DNA of 63,942 nt, the filler included, from an uncultured Ignavibacteriales bacterium (GTDB lineage: Bacteria > Zixibacteria > MSB-5A5 > GN15 > JAAZOE01): assembly GCA_964611355.1 (NCBI GenBank). It is 3 parts of 3 records of this genome, joined end to end, with 100 filler letters (N's around TTAATTAATTAA, not from the genome) between each part and the next. Parts side by side here need not be neighbours in the genome. Positions count along the whole stretch, not along the records: positions 26,303 to 51,875 come from CAZSYD010000033.1; 2 more parts are not named here. One strand, written 5' to 3'. The translations under genes were made by a program, and so were the position numbers. Positions 28,031 to 38,234 of the stretch are shown piece after piece. The notes beneath the pieces were generated by a model, which had not been told where the DNA came from, made no database searches, and worked only from the letters and a program-made list of their open reading frames with translations. Positions within the stretch are counted from its first letter, which is position 1. Each line of letters starts with the position of its first letter.

Positions 28031-29624
28031 CAAATTCCTGCTTTCTTAAGACGGTATCCTTTTTCCAGTTTGTATCATCGGTCTCGGGATAATCGACTAT
28101 GTAGTGCAAACCGCGCGATTCCCTGCGCCGCGAAGCCGATTCGATCATCAGGGCGGCGACGGTGACCATGTTCCGCAACTCAATACCGGGATATGATAAT
28201 TGATGGGTGAAGAAATAACGGTGGACGCTCTTATTGATTGAATTGATTCTTTCGGCGGCCTCCGCCAATCGATAACCGGAACGGACAATACCGACGCAAT
28301 CCCACATCACCCGCTTTAGCGCGCGCCGGTTGTAAGTTACGATAACTCGTTCCCGGGGATGTTGCGCCGCTTCCGGATGAGGAAATTCAAGCTTGGGCGG
28401 CTCCGGAGGATATCCCGATTTGAAATCACTAATCGATCCCGCGGCCGCAAAGTGAGAGGTCGCCACCGCCTCCAGAAGAGAATTTGACGCCAGCCGATTG
28501 GCGCCGTGCATACCGGTGCAGGCGGTCTCGCCGCAAACGTACAGCCTTTCGATTTCGCTGCGGCCGTTGACATCGGTTACTACGCCGCCGCATATATAAT
28601 GCGCCGCCGGCACCACCGGAACCCAGTCGCGGGTGATATCGATTCCGGCTTCAAGACAATGGATATATATGTTGGGAAAACGGCTCCTGATATAATCAGC
28701 CGAAATACTCCTTAAATCCAAAAAAACATTATCATCACCTGATTTCTTCAACTCGGTATCTATCGCCCGGGCTACAATATCGCGCGGAGCCAGGTCTTTC
28801 ATCGGATGGTATTTCTCCATAAAAGCCTTACCATCGGCAGTTCGCAGTATGGCTCCCTCACCTCGAACCGCTTCCGAGACAAGAAAAGTGCGTTTGCCGA
28901 TCTGAGACAATGTCGTCGGATGAAACTGCACGAATTCCAGATTGGCTATGCTCGCTCCGGCGCGAAACGCCATCGCCACGCCGTCGCCGGTGGCGATCCG
29001 GGGATTTGTGGTATGTCTATACACCTGCCCCGCCCCGCCGGTGGCCAGCATGGTTACAGCCGCCCGAAACGCTGTCCGATGCTGGTTTTGCGGGTTAAAA
29101 ATATATGCTCCACCGCAATGTATTTTCCCCTGATGTTCGTATGAAATCAGGTCAATGGCGAAATGATTCGCAAAAATGGAAATGTTATTATGTTCCAGAC
29201 AGTTGTTCAAAAGAGCCAGTTCAATTGCCCGCCCCGTCACATCGGCGGAATAGACAACCCGACTGTGCGAATGGCCTCCCTCGCGACCAAGCGATAATTC
29301 ATCACCGCTTTTACTCCGGGTAAAATTCACGCCCATATCGATCAGTCTTTGAATGCAGGCCGGACCTTCCCTGATAATTTTTTTGACCACTTCTTCGTGA
29401 CACAATCCGGCGCCGGAGGTAAGCGTATCGTTCAGGTGATCGTCAAAACTGTCGGAGGGCGACATGACCGAGGCAATTCCTCCCTGAGCGTAGTTGGTGT
29501 TCGATTCGGTCGCTTCTTTTTTGGTAATTATCGCCGTACGGCCATAGTCAGCCACTTCAAGCGCGTACGACAGCCCGGCTATACCCGAGCCGATAACCAA
29601 AAAATCGTATTGATCGCTGTTCAT
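28020..29624 (-). CDS. nadB: L-aspartate oxidase
   Basis: GSGIAG, AQGGIA, QFHPT, HGANRLASNSLLE. Confidence 0.95.
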   Translation of the reverse strand: MNSDQYDFLVIGSGIAGLSYALEVADYGRTAIITKKEATESNTNYAQGGIASVMSPSDSFDDHLNDTLTSGAGLCHEEVVKKIIREGPACIQRLIDMGVNFTRSKSGDELSLGREGGHSHSRVVYSADVTGRAIELALLNNCLEHNNISIFANHFAIDLISYEHQGKIHCGGAYIFNPQNQHRTAFRAAVTMLATGGAGQVYRHTTNPRIATGDGVAMAFRAGASIANLEFVQFHPTTLSQIGKRTFLVSEAVRGEGAILRTADGKAFMEKYHPMKDLAPRDIVARAIDTELKKSGDDNVFLDLRSISADYIRSRFPNIYIHCLEAGIDITRDWVPVVPAAHYICGGVVTDVNGRSEIERLYVCGETACTGMHGANRLASNSLLEAVATSHFAAAGSISDFKSGYPPEPPKLEFPHPEAAQHPRERVIVTYNRRALKRVMWDCVGIVRSGYRLAEAAERINSINKSVHRYFFTHQLSYPGIELRNMVTVAALMIESASRRRESRGLHYIVDYPETDDTNWKKDTVLRKQEFDDA

Positions 29625-29626
29625 GC

Positions 29627-30739
29627 CTACTCCAAACCGATTATTCCATCCACCAGCGCACCATCGTCCGGCCGGGCCGCCAGGTTAAGACAATAAAGCG
29701 GCCGGTCAAATGACTGGTGCGCCAATTTAACCAGATCCTTGGCGGTTGTCAAATAACAGTCAGCCCCGGCATCGCCGGCCAGGTTTCGCAAATGATCAAT
29801 ATCTAATTTATCGTACTCATAGTGATCTCCAAACCTGTAATAACCGGACAGCTTGATCCCGGTGTCTTCAATCATAGTCAGCAGTCGTTCAAATGATCCG
29901 ATTCCGGCAAATAGAAAAGGTTTGCCTTCCTTTATCCGATTCAGATCAACAGGCGCGCCGTTCAGTTCCGCCCCTTCGAAAAACAGCCGCCAGTTCACTA
30001 ACTGAGCCTTGCTGTCGTATCTTTCGACTTTTGATGACAACCTCTCGCCTGCTTTATCACTACCTGCATTAACCACAAAAACGGCATCGGCTCTTTCAAG
30101 CGTTTCCGGCCGTTCGCGCAGTATTCCGCCCGGAAACAGACGCAGACGCCTCCGGCGACGTTTTTCCCCCTCGCCCGAATGATTGTTGAAAAACAGGTCT
30201 GACAAAGCTGAATTTACCACCGCAATATCGACATCCTTTTTAATATCAAGTCGCTGGTAACCGTCATCAATAATTATAACGTCAGGACTCAGGTCTTGAT
30301 CGGCCAGGGCGACCATTCTTTTCTTATCCCGCCCGACGGCAAACCCGGCCTGCGGAGCAAGCCGCGTCATCATGGCAACCTCGTCTCCGGTCTGATCGAC
30401 CGAATAATCATCGCCTCGATTGTAACCGATCAAACAATCGAATTTGCTTTTTCTACCGTAACCAGAGTGAACAATGACAACACTTTTGCTTTTCGCGATA
30501 AATCTGCCGGCAAGCTCGATGACAACCGGCGTCTTTCCGGAACCGCCGACGGTAATATTGCCGACGGAAATCACTTTTGCCTTCCATCCACCGGAGCAAC
30601 GGGCTTTTCTGCGCCGCAGGTTCCATTGCGACAAGGCTTGATACGGAGGGGTAATCAACCGAAACAGAAACAGAAAAGGGAAACAGTAAAAGCGGTCAGC
30701 CCCGCGGGCATTGACTACCAGTTCCCAGAACCGTTTCAC
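29627..30739 (-). CDS. lpxK: Tetraacyldisaccharide 4'-kinase
   Basis: VGNITVGGSGKTP, GDE, DDGYQ, DH, TTAKD. Confidence 0.92.
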   Translation of the reverse strand: MKRFWELVVNARGADRFYCFPFLFLFRLITPPYQALSQWNLRRRKARCSGGWKAKVISVGNITVGGSGKTPVVIELAGRFIAKSKSVVIVHSGYGRKSKFDCLIGYNRGDDYSVDQTGDEVAMMTRLAPQAGFAVGRDKKRMVALADQDLSPDVIIIDDGYQRLDIKKDVDIAVVNSALSDLFFNNHSGEGEKRRRRRLRLFPGGILRERPETLERADAVFVVNAGSDKAGERLSSKVERYDSKAQLVNWRLFFEGAELNGAPVDLNRIKEGKPFLFAGIGSFERLLTMIEDTGIKLSGYYRFGDHYEYDKLDIDHLRNLAGDAGADCYLTTAKDLVKLAHQSFDRPLYCLNLAARPDDGALVDGIIGLE

Positions 30740-32043
30740 AACCCCAGCTCCCTTATTATTATCCGAGCTGTTTTTCGGGCAATGGAGTCCTCTGAATCTT
30801 CATATCCTGATTCAGAAACATTATCTTCCATTCGGAATTGAAGATCGCCTTTGGCAAACTGCTCAATGGCTTCCGCCAGTTCGTCAGCATTTTGAACCAT
30901 GAGTCCCTGCTTTTTTTCAAGAATCTTGTCCGCCGCTTCTTTGACGTTGAAAACGGACGGTCCGAATAGCACCGGCGCCCCGGCCGTTACCGGCTCCATA
31001 ACATTATGCCCCCCCAGATCGCCCAGCGTCCCGCCGACAAATGCCAGGTCTGCGCCGTAAAACAATTCCACCAGAATTCCCATCCTGTCCATAATTATTA
31101 CCGGTTCCGGAAACTCTGCTCTCAACTTAATCCTGCTATACAAGACGTACGAATATTCATGCTTTTTCAGCGTTGCAAATACCTCGTCAAGTCGCTCCAG
31201 ATGTCGCGGCGCCAGCAAAACCGTTATCTCATCCGGGAATCGCGAAACCGCCTTCAACGCCCGGCAGATTATCTCTTCCTCTCCCGGGCGAGTGGACGCC
31301 GCGATCAGGAACAATTTATCATCAGGAATTCCCAAAGACCTCCGGACCTCGGCCCGTTTCGCCTTCGCATCAGATACGTTGACAAAATCATGCTTGATAT
31401 TTCCCGTCACGACCACTCTTTCCGGCTCAGCGCCTATGCTTATTATTCTCCGCGCATCAGCTTCCGTTCGCATGGCGAATTTTCCATACGTCCTCAGAAG
31501 CGGCGCCAGAGACCGGCGAAAAACCTTGTACCAACGAAAAGACCTATCCGATAAACGTCCGTTTGTTAGAACAAGGGGAATGTTCTTTCGGCGGCAAAAA
31601 TCCAAAAAATAGGGCCAGATTTCGGTTTCGACCATAACGATCCCATCAGGCCGCAAATGACCGAATAACCGTTTCAGGGGGAAATAGCAATCGAGCGGAA
31701 AATAAAAGACCGCCTCCGCCTGCGGAAACAGCCTATGCGCAAGGGCCAGGCCGGTTTTGGTATAGGTCGAAATGCAAAATCTGATATTCGGCCTTATATC
31801 CCGCAAAGCATCTATTAAACGCGCCAACACCCGGACTTCCCCCATCGACGAAGCGTGTCCCCACAGGAGGGGCGCTTGACTGTTCTCATGCCGGGCTTGG
31901 GTATGTTTTACCGGCAGGAAGTTTTTAGGATTGATGCACCGACGCTGATTCCATTCGTCTTTCGCCTTTACTCGTTTGAAAATAAATAACGGCCGGAAGA
32001 TGAAATACGCCGTATTGACCAATACCTTGTAAAGAGTCAGCAT
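30736..32043 (-). CDS. waaA: Kdo transferase
   Basis: HASSMGE, ETEIWP, TGNIK, APRH, GGHN. Confidence 0.93.
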   Translation of the reverse strand: MLTLYKVLVNTAYFIFRPLFIFKRVKAKDEWNQRRCINPKNFLPVKHTQARHENSQAPLLWGHASSMGEVRVLARLIDALRDIRPNIRFCISTYTKTGLALAHRLFPQAEAVFYFPLDCYFPLKRLFGHLRPDGIVMVETEIWPYFLDFCRRKNIPLVLTNGRLSDRSFRWYKVFRRSLAPLLRTYGKFAMRTEADARRIISIGAEPERVVVTGNIKHDFVNVSDAKAKRAEVRRSLGIPDDKLFLIAASTRPGEEEIICRALKAVSRFPDEITVLLAPRHLERLDEVFATLKKHEYSYVLYSRIKLRAEFPEPVIIMDRMGILVELFYGADLAFVGGTLGDLGGHNVMEPVTAGAPVLFGPSVFNVKEAADKILEKKQGLMVQNADELAEAIEQFAKGDLQFRMEDNVSESGYEDSEDSIARKTARIIIRELGL

Positions 32044-33176
32044 AGAGGAACCAGTTCCTGTACGGCATCAAAGGCCCGCCGTCCTGCATTTCCCGAACCA
32101 AGCTTGTCCCGAACCTGCTGCAATTCCCGAATAATTTTATCGTATCGGGATTGATTCTGCAAAATCTCTACGGCATGCGAAGCGATTGAGGACGCCGTGG
32201 CCTTGCGCTGAATAAGCTCAGGAACGATGTTCCTGCCCGCGACGATATTAACCATCCCGATTGAATCGAGCTTGATCAGCCGTCTGGCGATGCGGTAAGT
32301 TAAAAATCCGGTCTTGTATATCACAATCATCGGCCTGGTAAAATAAGCGGCTTCAATCGTGGCCGTCCCTGACGAGGTAATGACCAGATCCGAAGCGCAG
32401 ATTGCTTCCGGCGTTTTTCCGGAAACGATTGTTATTTCCCGGCCGCCGATTATTTTAGCGTATATCTCTGTTCCGATGCTTTCCACCGCGGCCACGATAA
32501 AACGCACATTATTGATTTTTTGGCGAATTATTTCCGTAGAGTCCGCCATCACCGGCAACATCCGCTTTACTTCCTGAATCCTCGACCCGGGCAAAAGGGT
32601 GATAATTTTACCGTCCATGCCGGGAGCGACCTTTTCGCGACAGGTCTTTTTATCAGGAACCGACTCGAACCGATCCATTATTGGGTGGCCGGTAAACCGG
32701 GCGGCAATACCGCGCTTTTTATAAAATTTTTCCTCAAAAGGAAAAATCACCAGCATCAGGTCAACCAGTTCTCTGATAGTCCGAATCCTTTTTCCCCCCC
32801 ATGCCCAGATCTGCGGAGAAATATAATATATGATCGGGATGCCAAGAGGCTTCACTCGCGCCGCCAGGCGAAGATTAAATCCGGGATAATCAATCAGAAT
32901 TACCGCCTTCGGCCGCTTTTCCTTGATAAGGTTTACCGATTGCTCAAGGAGCCGGCGAAAGAAAAAACAGCGTGGGATGACTTCCCAGAAACCCAGCACG
33001 GCCAGTTTCTTGTGGTCAGCCAGAGGCTGAAGGCCCGCTTCCTGCATCAGTGGCCCGCCAAGGCCGGGTATTTCGATCTCCGGGCAAGCGCGCTTTATTT
33101 CATCAATGAGGTTTTTCCCGGGAAAATCGGCCGACGGGTCACCGGCTGAAATAAATATCGAACCGCTACCGCTCAT
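32037..33176 (-). CDS. lpxB: Lipid-A-disaccharide synthase
   Basis: IDYPGFN, PQIWAW, LLPGSR, SGTAT; start placed at MSGSG. Confidence 0.93.
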   Translation of the reverse strand: MSGSGSIFISAGDPSADFPGKNLIDEIKRACPEIEIPGLGGPLMQEAGLQPLADHKKLAVLGFWEVIPRCFFFRRLLEQSVNLIKEKRPKAVILIDYPGFNLRLAARVKPLGIPIIYYISPQIWAWGGKRIRTIRELVDLMLVIFPFEEKFYKKRGIAARFTGHPIMDRFESVPDKKTCREKVAPGMDGKIITLLPGSRIQEVKRMLPVMADSTEIIRQKINNVRFIVAAVESIGTEIYAKIIGGREITIVSGKTPEAICASDLVITSSGTATIEAAYFTRPMIVIYKTGFLTYRIARRLIKLDSIGMVNIVAGRNIVPELIQRKATASSIASHAVEILQNQSRYDKIIRELQQVRDKLGSGNAGRRAFDAVQELVPLC

Positions 33177-34158
33177 CGGCCTTAAACGCAGCAGCAGCCC
33201 TTTGACTTTCGGTGATAATTTCCAGCGCCACCGCCAGCGCCTGCCGTCCCTCCTCGCCGGAAATCGGCGCCGGTTTGTTTTCAATAATCGAAGCCGTGAA
33301 AGCTTCCAATTCGGCCTTAAGCATATCTTTTGTCTTGTCGCCGGTCTTATAGTAGCCCAGTTTCCTGCCTGATGCTCCCAGCGGAATGCAAAGTTCTCCA
33401 TCGCGCGGAGAACCGTCAAGCAATCGGTACAGATCGGCCTGCTTTTCGGTCAGATCAAGCGAAAAATACCCGGACGACTGAAAGATACGCAGTTTTCTCA
33501 TCGGCCGGAGCGATATTCGGCTGGCGGTCAGATTGGCCACGGCGCCGTTTTCAAAAGTCAGCCGGGCGTTGGCGATATCCTCTGTCTCGGAAACGACGCC
33601 TACGCCGGAAGCAGCTATATGTTTAACCGGCGATTTAATTACATGCAGTGCAAGATCGATATCATGAATCATCAGGTCAAGCACAACGGCCACATCGGCG
33701 CCGCGGGGGTTGAATTCAGCCAGCCGGTGAGCCTCAATAAAGCGCGGACGAATATCATATCCTTCCAAAGCCTGTACGGCCGGGTTGAATCTCTCGATAT
33801 GTCCCACCATCAGCTTGACGCCTTTACTATTTGCAGCAGTAACAATCCGGTCGGCTTCGTCAAGCGTTCCGGCAATCGGTTTTTCGACCAGCAGGTGGCA
33901 ACCGGCTTCGATCGCTTTCAAAGCCGCCTCGCAATGACCGGACGTTGTCACCGCCACCGTAACGGCATCACAGTTTTTGACAAGTTCATCGGGCGACGCA
34001 AACGCCCGGCAATCAAGTTCAGCGGCCATGTCCTCGGCCCGGTCCGGTTTTATATCGGACACTCCGGCCAGATCAAGGCCGTTAATCATCTTCGCCCAGC
34101 GGGCGTGATGCCTGCCCAGAGCGCCGACTCCGATGACGCCGTATCTGACTTTATCCAT
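33166..34158 (-). CDS. Gfo/Idh/MocA oxidoreductase, GnnA-like
   Basis: GVGALG, EKP, GHIERFNP, DLMIHD; lies between lpxA and lpxB. Confidence 0.85.
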   Translation of the reverse strand: MDKVRYGVIGVGALGRHHARWAKMINGLDLAGVSDIKPDRAEDMAAELDCRAFASPDELVKNCDAVTVAVTTSGHCEAALKAIEAGCHLLVEKPIAGTLDEADRIVTAANSKGVKLMVGHIERFNPAVQALEGYDIRPRFIEAHRLAEFNPRGADVAVVLDLMIHDIDLALHVIKSPVKHIAASGVGVVSETEDIANARLTFENGAVANLTASRISLRPMRKLRIFQSSGYFSLDLTEKQADLYRLLDGSPRDGELCIPLGASGRKLGYYKTGDKTKDMLKAELEAFTASIIENKPAPISGEEGRQALAVALEIITESQRAAAAFKADER

Positions 34159-34226
34159 TATCGTACCGTATAAAAAAAACCGCCTGCCGGGAACTTACCG
34201 TGGGTAGTCGGCTGACGCATATCGGG

Positions 34227-34994
34227 CTATTTTATCAATCCCCGGCTGGAATCTTTTATAAAGGTTATAATCTCTTCCACCTCGGGAATGATTTCCACAT
34301 CCTCTTTTATTTTTTCCAGCGCCTGGCTGGTATTGAGATCGGAGAAAAACAGAATCTTAAAAACCTGCCGAAGGACGGCAATCGTCTCGCGAGGGAAACC
34401 TTTTCGCTTAAGCCCGATCAGGTTCAGCCCGATCACTTTCAGCGGATAACCGCCCAAAAGAGCGTAAGGGCAAACGTCGCGGGGAACTCGGAAACCGCCG
34501 CCGATCATCGAATAGGCTCCGATTTTGACAAATTGATGCACCGGCACGATGCCGCCGATAATGGCATAATCTCCGATATGAACATGGCCCGCCAAGTTGA
34601 CCGAATTAGCCATAATAACATGATGGCCCAGTTTACAGTCATGGGCGATATGCGCATAAGTCATTATCAGGCAGTCCTGCCCGACGTCGGTCGAACCGCT
34701 CTCGCTGGTGCCGCGATTGATGGTGGCATACTCCCGCACGACGGTATTATCGCCGATATTGGCTGTCGTATCCTCGCCCTCGAACTTTAAATCCTGCGGG
34801 ATGGAGCTGATAACCGCGCCGTGAAAGACCCGGACATTTTTGCCTATTCGAGCTCCTGAAGCGATTAATGCCATTGAACCGATTCGGCTTCCTTCGCCGA
34901 TGACAACGTCATCTTCGATGATAGCGAAAGGGCCCACTTCGACCGATTCGTGCAACTTCGCCTTTGGGGATACTATTGCCGTTTTATGAATCAT
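34227..34994 (-). CDS. lpxA: UDP-GlcNAc acyltransferase
   Basis: Hexapeptide repeats, PQDLKF, HIAHDC, HQF. Confidence 0.96.
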   Translation of the reverse strand: MIHKTAIVSPKAKLHESVEVGPFAIIEDDVVIGEGSRIGSMALIASGARIGKNVRVFHGAVISSIPQDLKFEGEDTTANIGDNTVVREYATINRGTSESGSTDVGQDCLIMTYAHIAHDCKLGHHVIMANSVNLAGHVHIGDYAIIGGIVPVHQFVKIGAYSMIGGGFRVPRDVCPYALLGGYPLKVIGLNLIGLKRKGFPRETIAVLRQVFKILFFSDLNTSQALEKIKEDVEIIPEVEEIITFIKDSSRGLIK

Positions 34995-36382
34995 CTGTCC
35001 ACTATGACGGCCATCAGCTTCGCTTCGGTCACCAGCGTTTCGTCGACAAACGCCTTGCCCTGCATCCGGCAGGTGTTGCGTCGAAACGACAGCATTTCCA
35101 GTTCAAACCGGATCTGGTCGCCGGGCGCCACCGGCCGGCGGAATTTTACGTCGTCGATCGACATGAAATAGACGATCTTGGATTCGGGATCTTCGACGGC
35201 GTTGAGCAACAGTACGCCGCCCGCCTGAGCCATCGCCTCGACAATCAACACACCCGGCATTATCGGGTGACCGGGAAAATGCCCGTTGAAAAACGGTTCA
35301 TTAATGGTTACGTTTTTGATGGCCACGACTTTTTTCTCAGGCTCCAGGTCAATAATGCGATCGATCAATAGAAACGGATACCGATGCGGCATGATTTTCA
35401 TTATGCCGTTGATATCGAGGAAAGCTTCCGATTTCTGCTTCTGGAAACGGCTGGCGATCTGTTTTTTATGATACAGCGAACGGAGTTTCTTCACCAAGGC
35501 GACGTTAGCCTTATGCCCGGAACGGGCGGCAAGAACATGACCTTTGAGCGGCACGCCGATCAGCGTCAGATCGCCGATCAGATCAAGCGCCTTGTGCCTT
35601 ACCGGTTCATTTGGAAAGCGCAGAGGGATATCGTTGATTATGCCGGTTTTGCCGACAAACGCTTCGCCTTTGATATCCAGGGCGTTCTTAATCCTGTCGA
35701 CTTCTACCTGACCGCCTTTGAGATCGTAGATAACGACGGCGTTATTCAGGCTGCCGCCCTTGACCAGGCCCTGGTCTTTGAGCATCTCCACTTCGGAAAG
35801 AAAACAAAACGTCCGCGCGGGAGCAAACTCCTCGGCAAACTCGTGTTCCAAGTCCACCAGAGAAGTATATTGCGTCCCCAGGGCCGCATTGGCGTAATCG
35901 ATCATGAAGGTTATACGGAAATCGTCCGATGGCGTAACCACGATATCAACCTTGCGATCCGGTTCCGAATAAGACGTAGGAGTATCGACTTCGAGATATT
36001 CCTTATCCTCGTCAAATTCCCTGAATCCCGCATCCTGCAGCACCCGGACAAACGGCAGGGCCGAGCCGTCTCCCACCGGCGGTTCCGGCCCCGACATCCT
36101 TATCAGCACGTTGTCGATTCCCAGGCCGGTGAGCGCCGCCAGGACATGCTCGACCGTATATACCCTGATCTCGCCGATGGCGATAGTCGTTCCGCGGGCG
36201 ATATCAACAACGTGGTCGATATCAGCCGGAATCGGCTCCGCACCCGGAATATCCGACCTTAAAAACTTGATACCATGATCCGGATCGGCTGGAATAAACG
36301 TAATGGTGCATTTTTCGCCGGTATGCAGACCGGTTCCGCTGTAACTAATTTCGCGACCAACGGTTCTTTTCTTGATATACAT
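34991..36382 (-). CDS. lpxC: Bifunctional LpxC/FabZ
   Basis: TVEH and RHKALD (LpxC); PHRYPFLL and GHFPGHPIMPGVL (FabZ). Confidence 0.96.
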   Translation of the reverse strand: MYIKKRTVGREISYSGTGLHTGEKCTITFIPADPDHGIKFLRSDIPGAEPIPADIDHVVDIARGTTIAIGEIRVYTVEHVLAALTGLGIDNVLIRMSGPEPPVGDGSALPFVRVLQDAGFREFDEDKEYLEVDTPTSYSEPDRKVDIVVTPSDDFRITFMIDYANAALGTQYTSLVDLEHEFAEEFAPARTFCFLSEVEMLKDQGLVKGGSLNNAVVIYDLKGGQVEVDRIKNALDIKGEAFVGKTGIINDIPLRFPNEPVRHKALDLIGDLTLIGVPLKGHVLAARSGHKANVALVKKLRSLYHKKQIASRFQKQKSEAFLDINGIMKIMPHRYPFLLIDRIIDLEPEKKVVAIKNVTINEPFFNGHFPGHPIMPGVLIVEAMAQAGGVLLLNAVEDPESKIVYFMSIDDVKFRRPVAPGDQIRFELEMLSFRRNTCRMQGKAFVDETLVTEAKLMAVIVDR

Positions 36383-36614
36383 AGCTTGCCTAAAAACTCA
36401 AGTGCCGCAAAATAGGCAAATCGGTTTCCCTTTTCAAGGGAAAACTTCCAGCCTTAATCAACGTCTTGGCGCCTTATATCAGATATACCTAGGAAATAAT
36501 TCGACAAATATTCGATATTTTCGTGTATAATAAAGATACAATTCAAGCGAATAGCCCGGCAACCGATGAATCGAAGTAATCTCTACTGTTCACCGAGTCA
36601 TACGGGAGGGCGCC

Positions 36615-37406
36615 ATGCCGCATAAAGTAAGCAAGTTCTTTTGCAGTCTGTTGACGTACGCTTTATGCTTCAATTGCGTTATGGCGGCGGCAGAATCATC
36701 AGACGCTCCCTCATCCGGAATAGACTGGCGCAGTCCGGATATCGCTCGTATTTCCAAAAGCGATTCAAAGCCATGGAAATTCGCTGTGCAGATTGCCGGT
36801 GATTTAGGCTCCCCCTTTAAGGATAAGAGATACACTGACGTAACCGGCGGACTTGGTTACGAAGCAAATATATTGGCCGCCATTACCAACCGTTTAGCCC
36901 TTCGCCTGACGTTTGGGCGTTCCGGGCTGCACGAGGCCGACCTTTTCCGCTACCAGACAAATGCCGGCGAAACCGCCCCGCTGCCGCCGTACATATACGT
37001 ATTAACGGATAGAACTGAACTGTCAATCACCCGGTATTTTCTTTCGGGTCAGTTTAACGCTCCACCCCTTGATCTTTACGTTACCGACGCTTTCTTCTAT
37101 CTTTACGCCGGACTGGGAGCCGTCAATCATAATACGACTCTGGTGGTAGAGACTTACAATGACTCCACCGGGGCCGGATATACCTCTGTAGATCAAGCAT
37201 CCATCACCAGGTTCGCGAATACATTCGGCGGGGGGATGTTGTTTATGCTTACCCGCGATATTGGTCTTGATTTCTCGCTTGGCTGCGACCTGGTTTACGC
37301 CGGTGAGCAACCGGTATACGCCGCACAGGACTTATATTCGCACCGCAGGGCCTATAACTACGACGGCACGTTTAACGTCAAATTGGGTCTGATGGCATTA
37401 TTGTAG
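36615..37406 (+). CDS. Outer-membrane beta-barrel protein
   Basis: Signal peptide; amphipathic strands such as YLYAGLG and FGGG. Confidence 0.65.
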   Translation: MPHKVSKFFCSLLTYALCFNCVMAAAESSDAPSSGIDWRSPDIARISKSDSKPWKFAVQIAGDLGSPFKDKRYTDVTGGLGYEANILAAITNRLALRLTFGRSGLHEADLFRYQTNAGETAPLPPYIYVLTDRTELSITRYFLSGQFNAPPLDLYVTDAFFYLYAGLGAVNHNTTLVVETYNDSTGAGYTSVDQASITRFANTFGGGMLFMLTRDIGLDFSLGCDLVYAGEQPVYAAQDLYSHRRAYNYDGTFNVKLGLMALL

Positions 37407-37481
37407 TCTTTCTGGTCCAATTTTCTATCAAGCGGTTTTTATTTATTGTGATAGTCCTACTAAGACTGGTATTTGACGCCG

Positions 37482-37988
37482 TTATTCCAGCGCCCGAATG
37501 GCTTTGATCACATCGTACGGCTCTTGGGCCGTCATCAGCTGTTCGGCAAGGCCGTCAAACATAACCAGTTCCGAGATAGCCTTAAAAACCTTCAAATAGA
37601 GACTATCGTCATACGGCGGCGCGGCCATGATAAAGAAGAAATTGACCGGATTGCCGTCGATGGCGTCATAGTCGTAACCCTGCCGGCTACGGCCGAAAGC
37701 GATCATAAAATCCCTGGCCTGCATCGACCGAATATGCGGGATGGCAAACCCCGAACCGATGCCGGTGGAAGCTTTCCGTTCCCGATTGAGGAAATCAACC
37801 AGCAATTTTTTCCGGTTGCCGATTTTGCCCAGCGGGTCAAGAACCTCCAAAAGCTCCGACAACAGCATTTCCTTGAGAGTGAAAAGCCACTTGGTCGAAT
37901 TACCGTTATCCGGCATCTCCGGCGGAACAGTATTCATTTCGAGCTTGATAAGCTCGGGTGCCATATGTCGTGAGATGTTAAATCCCAT
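37482..37988 (-). CDS. PTS EIIA (Ntr/Fru-type) domain protein
   Basis: RE...STGIG...AIPH phospho-His motif. Confidence 0.9.
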   Translation of the reverse strand: MGFNISRHMAPELIKLEMNTVPPEMPDNGNSTKWLFTLKEMLLSELLEVLDPLGKIGNRKKLLVDFLNRERKASTGIGSGFAIPHIRSMQARDFMIAFGRSRQGYDYDAIDGNPVNFFFIMAAPPYDDSLYLKVFKAISELVMFDGLAEQLMTAQEPYDVIKAIRALE

Positions 37989-38234
37989 TGTACTATTTAT
38001 CGGTTGCGACCATCCAAAAATTTATTAAAATACACCCAATGCCTTGCCCGGTCAATACCCATTCAATAAACATTTGTAATAAATCATCGTTCCCGAAAGA
38101 CGGGCATCGCACTTGACATTATCTTTAATATTGGATAGCTTTTTGCGTTAAATTGCGATTTGAAATCGGTTAACCTTGGACGTCATTGTTCCGATTTTAG
38201 TATAAAAGAATATTGCCACACCGGAGAAAAGTAT

